Source of the DNA: Balanoglossus misakiensis
Taxonomy: Eukaryota > Animalia > Hemichordata
Assembly: GCA_040954595.2 (NCBI GenBank)
Contig: CM082576.2
Span: 14,635,129-14,699,128, forward strand
Length of the DNA stretch: 64,000 nt
Reading direction: 5' to 3'
Below the pieces are notes generated by a model. That model was not told the DNA's origin, did not search any database, and saw nothing but the letters and a program-made list of their open reading frames with translations. Shown here piece after piece: positions 34,948-48,849 of the stretch; within the stretch, counting starts at the first letter, position 1, and each line of letters opens with the position of its first letter. The translations under genes and the position numbers were made by a program.

Positions 34948-37208
34948 ATGGCTTAGATGGCTGTACATTTGAAAGTGTAACTATATATGTCACGCGTGTA
35001 CTAGTCCTATGCACTGGGCGATCAGCAGGCGAGTCTGATATTTCGTATATGAGTCGACAAGTCAAACCCCAATTCATTACTAGTATTTTATGTATAACCC
35101 TTAAATTCCTTGTCTAAAAGTCCACTTTATATTGTGTCGAATATATTTTGTGGAGTATAATGCCACAAACAATAAATGTATTCAAAATATTTTACACCAA
35201 GCATCAATAAAGTAGCAGTGATCGATCAGTCTGTCTGTCTGTCTGTCTGTATGTCTGTCTGTATGCTTGACTCTGCCTATCGAGTGATTGATCGATCGAT
35301 CGGTCTGTCTGTGATTTCGGGGGGGGGGGGCTAGAGGATATGGATGTATTTTTTACCGAGTCCAAGACTCAGAAAGACATTGTTGTACCATTTCCCACAA
35401 TCCTAAGTGGGCTTTGTATTTAGTGCTCGTCAAACTGACTCTATGTGACGTGGTGCCATCCCATAATTCCGTGAGTCTCTTTTAGTGTTGACAGGCAAGG
35501 TCTGAAATATTATTGCCTAAATAAACCCCGATAAGGCGCCGCGATAAAACTGTGACAGAAAACATTGTCAGGGATAGCTTTGATAGTTTACAAATGTTTT
35601 ATGACTTTTCTTTTTTGGCACCTGGAGAGTGATTTATTCACATTCATATTGTTAACAAGAATATATGACATTTTAAAGGGGAATTCAATTACCTTTTACA
35701 AACACAGTGCAAAATTGCATACGGATGCAACTTTTGACTAACGGTCCCCAACTTAATAAATTACCACACCCGATTTTTCACGCAAACATATACATGTATT
35801 TATATTGACAGGCTTCACTGAGAAACAAAATGCTATAAGCGTTTTCTGTTAAGTTAATGTTAAAGGTCCATGACCTGTAACAGCTGGTTATTTTTTGGTC
35901 AAAATGACTACTTTTTATGTATCAACTACAATGTCTTACTGTCTTCACTACATTATACCAAAATTCAGTTTTCAGCTCGTCAGTAAATCATACACATGTG
36001 TACAGACCATTGTTATTTTGGACAAATGCATGAAGTCCTGACCTGAATACAGTTTTTGAATTCCGGACTGTATTGAGAAGATGAATATTAGAAATCTGCT
36101 TTAGGGAACCGAAACGGAAACAATGGTTGATACACAGAAGAGAAATACTCAATAAAACAAAGAAAATGTACAGAATGATAGAGGAGCTTAAATGAGGATG
36201 ACCAAAATGGTATAACACAGTCAAACATGAGAAGTTATAAACTGGATTGTCTTTTTTATTCTTGTATACGTGTATTTTATTACCAACGCAGCCTGTAACA
36301 CTGAACACGCATGCCCAGACTTCACGGGTCCACTCTCTATGATAACTTTTGATAAATCAAACGAATTTGTTGTTGCCGAGGGCACAATTTTCAGCAAGGA
36401 AGAAAAATGCACTTTAAAGAAAGATTTTGAAACAGAAATGATAGAAATTATTACTAGGGTTCTTTCAGAGGCCCCTCGCACTTACTGGTAGATGTCGTGG
36501 TTTCCATATTGCTGCATGACAACCAAGTTATTCACTGGTGACTCGGTGATATCTTGGTAACCGGCTCGGATGAAATGTCGTTCGTAGGTTGCATGACGTT
36601 TAATCAAGTGCGCGCGCAGAGAGCCAAAATGTAGGAGTTGAGAAAAACAAGTGCGTGGGCATGAAACAAACAAACCACAGAACGCTCAAATACTCCATTT
36701 CAGCCATATATTTTCTGCCTAATATACATGTAATTCTGTTTAAAAAGCCAGATACCAGTATACATGTGTGGGAAACTTTTAGATCTTTGCATGACTGCAA
36801 AAAGTAAAAGCATAATTTGAAATAGATGGGTTATCAAAACCCTGTTTTCCTCTTCTTTGGTCTAATCTTTCACACAGGAAATATTAAAATCATGCAGTTC
36901 AAATCCTCTTATGCACCAACATACCTCAAGCATAACCATGCGCCCACATGATGAGAATTGTCCTTTTCATAATTACAGTATACACTGGAAAACATAGCAA
37001 TTTTATTGTTCAGGTTAAACAAGCACAAAAGTACAGCTGGTTCCTCTCAAATGCAGAACAGCTCAAAATTCCAGGAGCCCTCTGAAGTCTGTTACGTGTG
37101 CCGCGCCTACTAAAACCACAACAGTGAAACACTGGTGTAGTGTGCTGCTCTCTAAACCAATAAGGGTTGTGCCAGGGATGACGTTTTATGTGCCATCTGC
37201 ACCAGAGT

Positions 37209-38072
37209 AGTGTGCCACACTAACACGGAATGTTCTCTGAGACAATACATGTAGTATCATGCCAAGTGACACTGGGGAATGGAGACTTCTAATGCTGTTA
37301 AAACAGAACTATTTAATGAAAAGTGTGCCACACTAACATGGAATGTTCTCCGAGACAATAGTATCGTGCCAAGTGACACTGGGGAATGAAGACTTCCAAT
37401 GCTGTTAAAACAGAACTATTTAATGAAAAGTGTGCCACACTAACATGGAATGTTCTCCGAGACAATAGTATCGTGCCAAGTGACACTGGGGAATGAAGAC
37501 TTCCAATGCTGTTAAAACAGAACTATTTAATGAAAAGTGTGCCACACTAACATGGAATGTTCTCCGAGACAATAGTATCGTGCCAAGTGACACTTGGGAA
37601 TGGAGACTTCTAATGCTGTTAAAACAGAACTATTTAATGAAAAGTGTGCCACACTAACATGGAATGTTCTCCGAGACAATAGTATCGTGCCAAGTGACAC
37701 TGGGGAATGAAGACTTCCAATGCTGTTAAAACAGAACTATTTAATGAAGAGTGTGCCACACTAACATGGAATGTTCTCCGAGACAATAGTATCGTGCCAA
37801 GTGACACTTGGGAATGGAGACTTCTAATGCTGTTAAAACAGAACTATTTAATGAAAAGTGTGCCACACTAACATGGAATGTTCTCCGAGACAATAGTATC
37901 GTGCCAAGTGACACTTGGGAATGGAGACTTCCAATGCTGTTAAAACAGAACTATTTAATGAAGAGTGTGCCACACTAACACGGAATGTTCTCTGAGACAA
38001 TAGTATCATGCCAAGTGACACTGGGGAATGGAGACTTCTAATGCTGTTAAAACAGAACTATTTAATGAAGAG
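37209..38072. repeat. Minisatellite, 8 x 107 bp
   Basis: TGTGCCACACTAACA recurs at 37211, 37324, 37431, 37538, 37645, 37752, 37859 and 37966. The first unit has a 6-bp insertion; units differ at only a few positions. Confidence 0.97.
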
Positions 38073-38862
38073 ATCTTTGTACAAATTCTCTCATTGACCC
38101 AAAACTTTCTTTAATTTCAACTGAATTGATATTGGAAAATGGCATTTTTCATTTCTAAGCCGGGAGAATCGCATATAGAAGATCAGGGCATCAGTGGTAT
38201 CACAACATGTCCTACTGCCATGGCCACCACTGTTACATCGGTAGTGTGTCTATAGAGGGCGCACTGCATCAGCGGTGACCGTATGCTGCAATTGGTGCAG
38301 AGGACACTCTCGACTTCTCAGACAGTTCAATAGTCCTGCTCTTCTTGAATATTTTCCAAATAGTCACACATGTTCGATCGCTAAAAAGTTCGATATTCAC
38401 TACACAGTTGGCTTTGTCTTTCTTGAAAATGGTACCAACCTGAAAGAGGGCAGAAAATAAGAATTATGTACAGTAGTCTAGAACATCAATTATCCGAACA
38501 TTGATTATCCGAACTAACTCCATGTCCCCCGCAAAGTCTACAATGTAGTCGTATACCTTGCTTAATCATTGTTTGATGGTTGCGGCCCTCGCTGTCAAAG
38601 GATGTCATAATAGTACAGCACTTTCCTCTTTAATAAAGTTATTTCTTTAAACAACCTATATACCCCCCATTTGCCTTTTGTTTTTATTCCTACAGTGTTA
38701 CTATTTTGTATCCTCGGGTATGAATCATTTGGATGCAATCGCAAAAGGTGTGAAAATAAACAACTCGAGAATGACACGGTCCCTTCAGCTGCATATCTGA
38801 TGAAAATATTTTGACCATCTATAGAAGAGTACCTACCTTTAGTTTTTATTGGTGGCACCTTT

Positions 38863-41800
38863 TTACTGAGATGTTCTGTCATTCCTTCTTTTAATCCTGA
38901 AGATTTTTGGGAGTCGCCTTTTCTTTTCGATTTCTTTCTGAGGTGCATCAGCCCTGGCACGTTCATCTGAGCAGAAATTGATATTTTTTACAGAGATTCA
39001 GTTGAATGTTAGATACTATTACATGTAGCTTCCTTGCAATATACATGTATACATCTATATAGCAATTGAGAACCAAAAAACATTTGAACAGTCAAGAAAT
39101 GTTGCCTACCTTTTGCACCATGTGTACGGCCTTCATTCTTAGCTCCATTCTCCTCATCATCATCAGTGTCAACTGTCATGCAAAATGCTCTCAGCATAAT
39201 TCTTCTAAAGAATGCACCAATCCCACGACGTGCTCTCTTCTTAGGTTGAGCTGCAATAATATAATTTTTGGTATAAAAGACCCCCCTAATCAGTGGCGAA
39301 TCTTAATGCCGTTTGACTGACAACAGACAACACCAACGATCTTGGCTCTATGAAAATCGGCCCAAACAGGTCCAAGCATAAAAAATTACACCACACAACG
39401 ACAGTAGTTGGCTTTATAAACACACACAACATAAAGTTATCGACGAAAAAGTACACGAGCTTTTGAAACAACGATGATTTTGGGAGAAATCTGGTTTCAG
39501 TGCTTTTCAGAAACGTCCCTGGGAAACAATAACCACGCCATTCAAACAGCTGTCAATCGCGTAGAGGTGTAAAGTGTTCAATTATTTCCTCTGTACATGA
39601 GATCAATTACACAGTCGTTATGCACGACTACCACTCCCAAATAAACAACTATACAAACACACGTTAATCCGAATCCCTGGCCTTTCCGCACCGGGGTTTA
39701 ATGCTCAAAGTAGGAAATATCAAGGGATCTGTCTACAGTAAAACCTGTCTACACTGAACCCAGTCTGATCTGAAATCCTGTTCATACAAAACTCTGTTTC
39801 TAGTCCTCTTTACATAAAAACTATTAAAATAACCTCTATAAACCAGACATGTCTGCAAAATAACATACATAATATTCTAAGTTCCTTTGGTGTTCAGTTT
39901 AAACTTTTGACAGGTTTTGACTGTATTAATCAATTTTTTTTTTCAAGTGTGCGCCTTCGTATCATCATGGTCACATTTTGACATATATGTCTGTCTGGTT
40001 TCTTCAATACGCGTCAGCTTGAGACAAACAAACCCTTCTTAAAGTGTTACAATTTGCCATTATTCTGCACCACTTTAATAAGACAATAGAAACTGTAATA
40101 TGGGACATGTGCACTGTTGATTGTTATTACGGACCACGTTCCACATTATAATGCTACAATACTTGCAAATAAAATATAGGTAGGTTGCTTTCTTACCTGT
40201 GTTGGCTGCATCAGAATCTGCAGATGTCTGCTCCAAAAGAGGAGACTCCGTGACATCAGCTGTCTCTATAATGTCCATTTCGTCCTGGACTTCAGCTGAT
40301 TGCATTATTGGCGACACAACCACAGACGTTTCCTGTTCACTATCCTTGGCTGTGTCGACAGATTCTGTGAGCATCGGCGATCCAACTTCGTATTCTGAAG
40401 AATAGTGGATAGCCCAAGTCTCACCTGGCTCTTCATTTTCGTGCTGACCAGATGATATGGAGACAGTTTCCTGTTCGCTTATATCCTTGGCTGTGTTGAC
40501 AGATTCTGTTAGCATCGGCGATCCAACTTCGTATCCTGAAGAATAGTGGATAGCCCAAGTCTCACCTGGCTCTTCATTTTCGTGCTGACCAGATGATTGA
40601 GAGACAGTTTCCTGTTCACTATCGCTGGCTGTGTTGACAGATTCCGTTAGCATCGGCGATCCAACTTCGTATTCCGAAGAATAGTGGATAGCCCAAGTCT
40701 CACCTGGCTCTTCATTTTGAGTGATGGATGCAGCGGGAGTGACTTGAGTACTTTGTTGGATCTGGGCAGATGGTACATCTCTTTTGCTTGGCATCACTGA
40801 TAGCATATAGGTCACGTCTGTATTTATGAATGGGTGAGACAGAGCGTCTTGCACAGTGATTCTTCTGTCACCGTAATAATTCAGCATTCTGTAGAATTCA
40901 AACATAAAATCAATCTTTATTTCACCTGAATTATTAAAACTATGAATTTTAGGAAAAAAGTAAAGTGATAACATTATGAGGAAACGACATCATAAGGAGA
41001 TATTTGAATGAACAGAAAATTAAAGGCAGATGAGCACATTATTCTCTATTTACATTCAAACTATAATTGATTCTGTAAATGTAAATCTGTATAAATATTA
41101 ATGATCTTGAAATGGGAATGTAAATTACACATTTGCATTAAAAAATGGATGTCCTGCTCAAACACTGCTACATTCATGCCAATTCACAATAAGCAGTGGA
41201 AATGATGGTGCATATAATCTTTGATGGAAATGCATGGATTTGAATTTACTATACTGTGACAATATATTCTCTAATCTAATTCTTTGTATGCGAAAAATGT
41301 TGGGAATAATTTGAAAACAAATCCCTTGTCCATTTAAAGACATTTGGAGATTGACAAATATCAGGCAGTTACAGCTAATGTGCCCTTTAAGTATTCCCAT
41401 TGGATGTATTTTATTGCAAATTTACTTATTTGTTTATTAATGGCATATAGTCTCATGCACAAAGCATTTATATCTTAAGTTCTTAGTCATACATGTATAA
41501 TTTATATGTACATGTAATTATTCCTACACCTTTTATAGTACTCAATTCATGGAAGATTAGATGTTCTCATGTGACAACTAGAGTTTTCACTAAATATCTA
41601 GAAGTAATATGTACAACTCAAAGCACTGCTGTTGCTATGACTATCACTTGTCTCTTATTCTGTTATACCTACAACTAATTACATTGTACCTGGATAAAAT
41701 CTAAACTATTTATCAAATCTAACTGTGATTTTCTCCCTAACTAACCTTTTCATTAAATCAAAACCATAGTCAAAGACCTCCTTTTCAGGGATTCTGCCTG

Positions 41801-44800
41801 ACATATTCTTGATCGCATCATTGTATCTTATCCGATTTTCTAACGGGCTAGTCAGTGGCTTCACCTAAAAATTGAGGGTATAACAGTTTAAATATTCCTT
41901 CACCTAGCTATCATGTGATAATTTAAAACGTTATAGAAATTTAGTAACTTACAGTAGTCTTGTAACCAACATGTGTTATCAGTTTTAAATAAAAGAATAT
42001 GATGTCATTTTCAATTAAGCATAGAATGTGAGAACCAGTCCAATTCAGACTGCTTTTTATAGAAGTTCAGTCAACTTCGTTTGATATTATAGAGAGCTCA
42101 TATACAAGTCATTGGTGTGAAATTCTCTCTTTTTGCAAAGTACTTTAGCTCCCTGTCACCCTATAAAGTGGAAACATTGGTATGTGTGTGTCTGTCTGTG
42201 TGTGTATGTGTTTCCCACCCCTGTGCTCTTCTTGGACACCCTTATAGCTGCATATATCCTGGTGGCTTACCCAGTAGTAAGCTCCCTTGACTCAAGTGTG
42301 CTCATTGCAAAAACCTGTCAACATAAGTAATGTACCCTCTCACCCCTATTTCATGATACACGAGTCCAACTATGTCGTGGGACGTACACTATGAGGTTTA
42401 ACCAAAGAATGAGGAAACTGGGGGTAAGAATTTATTATTGAGATACTCACCAGAGGTGCACCTTTGAATAAATGCATTCCATTGGATGTTTGATTGTAAA
42501 ACTTGTTAGTATATATTCCGTTGTTCAGAACTGATTCGGGTACATCTCCCAAGACTTCGATGTACTCTCCTACCAGCTGTGGCTGTGAAAGGATGACAAC
42601 AAAGACAACAATGTCAATATCATGTACATGTACTTAGATTAATTAGATGAAGTTGAAACTCCATGGTATTTAGTGATGGTCTTTAAGATTTTTTTTTTAA
42701 ACTTACCACTGTATCAACACGAAAGAGGGTATTTCCAGTGTACATTTCATAGAAAATGGTTCCAAGACTCCACATATCAATAGCTGCATCGAAGTCTGTA
42801 CCAAAAGTGATCTCAGGAGCTCTGTACCAACAAGTTTGCAGGTTTTCTCCTTTAACCTGTTATTCATATTTAAAAAACACAAAATTTTAAAGTTAATAGA
42901 ACGTTATAAGACTTAGACAATATAAACAGTAGTTGAAAGAAAATCTTGATTGCAATCATTATGTGAATTAATGAGAGAACTGGATGTCGACTTACACACA
43001 CATTCTTGTGACGTGCCAAGCCAAAATCAATGAGTTGAACATCAATCTCCTGGGGATCTTTCAGCATGATGTTGTCTGTCTTGAGGTCACAGTGAATGAC
43101 ACCCACGCTTGAACTACCCAAGAATTCCAAGGCTTCTAACACCTGTCTGGTAATTTTTTGTACCACATCCAAGGAAAGTCTCTTGGGTTTTGTTGTAATG
43201 ATCAGCTCATGCAGACTCTTTGTGTACACTGGCATTGTAAAACAGAGCGAGTTCTTGTATTGAAATGCTGATTCCATCATAACTAGAATAAAATGAATCA
43301 CAACAACAACAGTTATTAAACATACTGGGTACATGAACAATAATTTACACCACAGTCAAATGGAGTGAATGTGTGTACACTATAAATGAAACAGAATTTC
43401 ATGTAATTAAACTAGCTCCATGAAAAGGGGGGGGAGCACTATTAAATCTCAACTACTGGTAGTACTTAGTATATTAGCATGCTATTTGGAGTAGAACAAG
43501 AAATTGCATTTGACACGGAAGAAAAAATACTGAAATTAAAGCCAAAAGTCTCTTTAATCTTACCTGTGTGAACATTGTATCCTGGATTGTTTTGTTTGAT
43601 CCAACTAAGCATTTTAATTTCAATACTCAGAAACTGATTCATCAGAATCTCCTCTTCCAGCTCGATCACCTTCAGGGCTTTCTTGGTCTTTGATTGCCGG
43701 TCCCACACTTTCAATACCTGCAAAGAATCATTCAGTGTACAATGGTTTGTGTGTTACAGAATGAAAACACAATAATTTATATCAAGATTTTGTCACAGAG
43801 ATTTCAGAAGATCTTCCAACTTTCTATATGGACAAGAACAATTAAGTAAAATGTAAATTTATAGGTACTCGAACAAAATCACACAAGTTTTATGGTAAAT
43901 AGAAAACCATATCCTTCAATCTGGACATAAGCCACTATTTATTGTAATGTTCAGTATTATCCCTTTCAACCCTGGTTCCCTCTTTAGAGGTCCAACCATA
44001 GCATAGAAAAACAATGGATTTGGGCTTAACCATGGTGGTGAAAGGGTTAGAGCATGTGAGAAATGCAAAATAAATTGCTTACCATTCCAAATCCTCCCTG
44101 TCCAAGTAGTTTCTTAACTTTGTAACGGTCAAAATAGACAACACCTGCCTCAAACTTTGGTTTCTCATCTTGCATATTGTCAAAAGTGGGCGTATTTATA
44201 GTTGGGATGACAGGTGTTACAGGAATCAGGGTCTTGTTCTGCTCTGCTACCAGGTTCAACTGTCTCTGCATTTGGCTTAAGTAAATGGATCTTAAAGCCA
44301 CTGAACATTCAACAGGTGGTTCTACTGGTGATCTTGGTGTGGCTACACTACTCACAGTCACACCACCATTTGGGAGTGGTCTTGGAACACCCGGCTGGAC
44401 AACCTCTTCCCCAGTAGTAGTGGTGGCAGCAGTAAGATGCTTTGGAAGCAGTGTTGGAGACAATGGCCCAGGTTCTGCAACAGCTACAGAAGATGATGCT
44501 GGGGCAACATGACCAGAAACCTTACTCACAGGCTTCAGAACTGACCCGGAGGATGCTGCCCATGCCAAAGACGTACTACCAGCAGAAGTCAGAAACTGTC
44601 TTGTACCAGTCGTGGTTGCCTCAGCAGCAGTAAGACATGGAGAGCATGGAGACACCGCTTTGGAATCAAATGATTTGGAATCACCTCTTGCATTCAGCGT
44701 GTCAGCTGCAGTCATGGGCATCAAATCTTGTCCCCCAGTCCTAGGCTTTGGCTCGGACAACTGATGATAAAAAGTACAACACCTTCAGTCTCAGAAATAT

Positions 44801-47800
44801 GTCATGGCTGACAACCAATTTATGTATACATGTATGGTATGTCACAACTACCAAGGTATAGCCCTGAGTACACACATACATATCATATTGTAACACACCA
44901 TGCAGCGAACCCTCGATCGTGATTTGTCAATACGCCGTCACGTGACCTTAGTCATTTCGAACTGTTCCCTAGGGTATCATTTTGATCGGTTTCTGCCTGG
45001 TACTGTTGCCCCCTCTTGATATAATTCCGTGTTTGCTGTGTTACAAAACACATGACGACTGACATATTCGGGCAATAGTGTATTTTGATGGCCTCAGGAC
45101 TGCCAGTCAAACCAAACAAGACTGTTTTAGTTGTGACTAGCAGCACCCTCGGTCATCAAAATACACTGTTGCCCTCATTGTCAGTCATCATGTGTATACT
45201 GTATACACATACTAGGTACATAATACTTTGTATACAAAAGACAGACTCTGACTGACCCCATAAAACTCCCAGTGGTGTACATGTATTCCAAATGGAAGCT
45301 AAAAATGGTGTCTAAAGGTCAAACTTTCTCTAAAACTGTCTGCATAGCAACTATTTGGCATTTAAATTTTAATCTATGGTAGTTCTGAAGGGGTCAAGTT
45401 GTCCTCTTCGACTTGTTGACTATTATTATAGAATGTTCAAGCAAAATCTAATTTATTACCTTCATGACTTCATTCTTGATAGTCTCAACGAGTTCTCCCT
45501 TTGGTGCAGATACCGTAGGGTTTTTTCTAACAGATCCTGTAACAGTGTAAGGAAAATATTTACAAAAAAACATCATTCATTGAAGTTGGCTGCATTGCAA
45601 CTATCATCAGTCCCACAAGCAGTGTGACCTCTATAAAATTAACACAATTTTTGCAGATTGCATTTTATGTGATACCCAAGGATTAAAGTTAGATGCCAAG
45701 CAGCATATCAAAATCAACGAGAAAGAAAAAAAATAAGTTGATTTTCTTTTGAATAAAGGATGGATACAAGATCACATGCATAGTCACAGTTTTGTAGCAG
45801 TGCCATAGGTCAATGACTAAAGCTTTAGTTTAAAATGCCTCATTGTAAACAGTGTAAGAGTTTACTTGCAATCGAAATATTATCACAAATGGACCATAGC
45901 ATCTTGCAAAATCAATCAAAAACTGGGAAGGGGGAGGGTAAATGCCAGAAAAAACACTTCAGTAAACATTGCATGTTATAGACTTAATACGATCAGGGCT
46001 TGTTCGTGTGACTTCCATGAAAAATAAAGGCGTAGAAAATGAGATTTTAGAAAAAAAATTCTGCTAGTTTCGTATGATGCGTGCATCGGGCTCGAAGTTA
46101 CTCTGCGAAATAAACATTCGATGCCACCATAGAAACAGAACACTACCGCGCTGTCAACGATGGGGACGCGTCATCGTCACCATCGGAGACGGCCGACGGC
46201 GGCCCCGTGCCCGGCACGTATTTTTGAAATTTTAACTCCGCAACAATAACCGTAACCAGGGAAAATAAACTTAAATTTACAAACAAAATAAAAGGGGCGC
46301 TGACGAACGTTTCCGGCTTCAGACGTTGTCACTAAGTAAAATTTACATGCAATATTATTATAATGTGGGCACTCAGGCTACAGCGAACCATCATAAACAC
46401 CGAACTCGTTTTTGTTAAACTGTAAAAAATGCATCAAAACAAATCACCCAAACAAAATTAAAGTTTTGTACATCGTAGGAAATTGAGAGAGAAGCGAAAA
46501 ACTGAAACATTGTCTAAACGTGTAAGTTGCAGTTTAGTCACTTTCAGGATGAAATGTGCATGATCCACTTGACGCGGCGACGCCCGGTCGTCGATGGGCG
46601 AACTCTGAAAAGTCTGTATTTTGTGAAAAATACTGAATATTTGCCTCGAACACACGTTGGTTTATAAATCGTAGCTTCACTTACGATCCATTTCTCTTCT
46701 GGTGATATCCATCAGTGAAGGATTAACTTGTTTTGGTAAAAACGTGAAATGAGTTTCTTCGCAGCGATGTGTATGATGCTTGCATCAAAGTCACTATGAA
46801 GTGTTTGTGTACGACAACATTCGACCACCATAGAAACAAGATTCGAACTTTTCGAATCATTTACGTCACCCACGTCACAGTATATGCAAATATGTGGGGC
46901 CGCGGCCGTGTAACGCCGGGCCGGGAACACACACAGTGAGACTGAAATTTTAACTCCGCAACAATAACCGTAACCAGAAAAATAAACTTAAATTTACAAA
47001 CAAAATAAAAAAGGGCGCTGACGAACGTTTCCGACTTCAGACGTTAAAAGTAAAATTTACATGCAATATTATTATAATGTGGACACTCAGTGTCCAAATG
47101 CCTACAGGCTACAGCGAACCATCATAAACACCGAACTCGTTTTTTGTTAAACAGCTGTAAAAAATGCATCAAAACAAATCACCCAAATTTTGTATATCGT
47201 AAAAAATTGAGAAAGAAGCGAAAAACTGAAACATTGTCAAAACATGTAAGTTGCAGTTAGTCACTTTTAGGATGAAATGTGCATGATCCACTTGACGCGG
47301 CGACGCCCGGTCGTCGAAGGGCGAACTCTGAAAAGTCTGTATTTACTATATAGTGAAAAATACTGAATATTTGCCTCGAACAAACGTTGGTTTATAAATC
47401 GTAGCTTCACTTACGATCCATATCTCTTCTGGTGATATCCATCAGTGAAGGATTAACTTGTTTGGTGAAAATGTGAAATGAGTTTCTTCGCAGCGATGTG
47501 TATGATGCTTGCATCAAAGTCACTATGAAGTGTTTGTGTACGACAACATTCGATCGCCATGGATACAAGAATAGAACTTTTCGAATTATTTGCGTCACAC
47601 ACGTCACAGACTATGCAGTTTTATCTGAGCGGAGCCCAATGATATTACCGCGACCCCGCCTAGCCAGTACCTGGGACTGGAGGCCGCGGCCGTGTGAAGC
47701 CGGGAGCACACATACCTGTACGCAGGGCTACGATAGCGAATGCGTGGACTTGACACACGTTGTCCATTTTGAAATGTGATCGAACTAATCATGCGAAACT

Positions 47801-47964
47801 GTTTCTGGGGGTTGAGAGGAAAACAGTGACTGACAATTACGGCGAAATGCAAGAGTTAGCGTAGCAAAACATCAAAACTTACCGGAGTGCGACAGTTGTA
47901 CACTCAGTTGGCCTAGACAGTGCATGCAGTGAGCAAGTATCGGGGTTTTATCAGAGGAACACAT
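38863..47964 (-). CDS. Divergent CMGC (HIPK/DYRK-like) Ser/Thr protein kinase, about 870 aa
   Basis: Exons 47883-47964 (tentative first exon), 45460-45536, 44083-44760, 43564-43717, 42996-43282, 42707-42856, 42451-42582, 41746-41864, 40197-40888, 39110-39250, 38863-38966 (stop), phase-consistent. Motifs LGQGGFGMV, ALK, IHCDLKTDNIML, LIDFGLA, LQTCWYRAPE, IDMWSLG, RITVQDALSHPF. Confidence 0.85.
39736..39923. mobile_element. Tc1/mariner-pogo-type MITE
   Basis: TA-CAGTAAAACCTGTC ... GACAGGTTTTGACTG-TA; a related decayed copy lies at ~3343-3505. Confidence 0.6.
40328..40718 (-). repeat. Coding tandem repeat (about 3 x 46-47 aa) in the kinase C-terminal tail
   Basis: NEEPGETWAIHYSS(E/G)YEVGSPMLTESV(N/D)TA..SEQET three times; nucleotide periods 138 and 141. 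Confidence 0.95.
45042..45203. repeat. 160-bp palindromic MITE-like hairpin
   Basis: ACACATGACGACTGACA..GGGCAATAGTGTATTTTGATG / CATCAAAATACACTGTTGCCC..TGTCAGTCATCATGTGT. Confidence 0.7.
46225..47715. repeat. Tandem direct duplication, two units of ~720-770 bp, at the 5' end of the kinase gene
   Basis: TGAAATTTTAACTCCGCAACAATAACCGTAACC at 46225 and 46943; near-identity continues to ~46870 / ~47607; remnant of a third unit at ~46110-46140. Confidence 0.92.
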
Positions 47965-48429
47965 GATTGATGGATGTTGCAAAGATCATGCAAAACAACT
48001 TCCTTTGCAGTTTTCATCCTACAGTATTCCATAGCCATCTCCTAAAACACTGCAGTCGCAATGGTTCGTAAAAATCCTCGTCAATCGCTCATATCCGCAT
48101 GACTACAGCATCGTGTTTTTAATTTCGCGCTTTACGGTTGAAATCTGACCAGACGACAATTTTCCATCCTACTGTCTATTTATTGCGCATGTGCAGTGGC
48201 AGGGCACGTGACTTTACTTTATTTCAAGGTCACCACTAACTCGGTCAATTGGCCACTTGTGAATCTGCAATCATGGCAATTTTTACACCATCAGTTTGAA
48301 GCTGAAAAAAAAATTGGATGAAACCCCGTTTACAAAAAGACACTTCAATGTAGCAAAGACTTGAAAAGTTTTGAAGGTTGTCATTTTTCTGTGAAATCTG
48401 TCCCAGCAGTGTGCACTACCCTATAAACA

Positions 48430-48849
48430 CAGGTGTTGTGCCGAATTCGGCCCCATGCCGAATACGTCCCGCGCATGCTCGGGTCATCAGTAACATGTGT
48501 CTGAAATATTGCATTTTCTTGTGTGAAAGTTTTGCCATCCAACGTGCATGTAAGGCTGTGCATGAATGTACATTGTACTGCACTGTAAACTTGGACATTG
48601 CATTACCGCAAGGATTTAATTTCATTCCACCAACAAATCAGGGCCATGGGCAGATATTCACCCATTTAGGCCGAAACCATCACTTTTAGCTTTCAATAGT
48701 TAACATGACTTTAGTTGGGGTCTTAATCGGCAACGGGGCTGAAATCAGCAGCTTTACCTGCCGATCTTATCCCTTAGAAGCCATGGTTTGTTTGTCAAGG
48801 CATGCGCGGGGACGTATTCGGCATGGGGCCGAATTCGGCACAACACCGG
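48430..48849. mobile_element. ~420-bp MITE with ~48-bp TIRs
   Basis: GGTGTTGTGCCGAATTCGGCCCCATGCCGAATACGTCCCGCGCATGC at 48432 and its reverse complement ending at 48847; no clear TSD. Confidence 0.75.

Noticed and set aside
37209-38072. Regular array resembling a CRISPR locus
   Set aside because: Whole 107-bp units are near-identical with no unique spacers, there are no cas genes, and the context is eukaryotic; it is a minisatellite. The unit length is not a multiple of 3, so it is not coding either.
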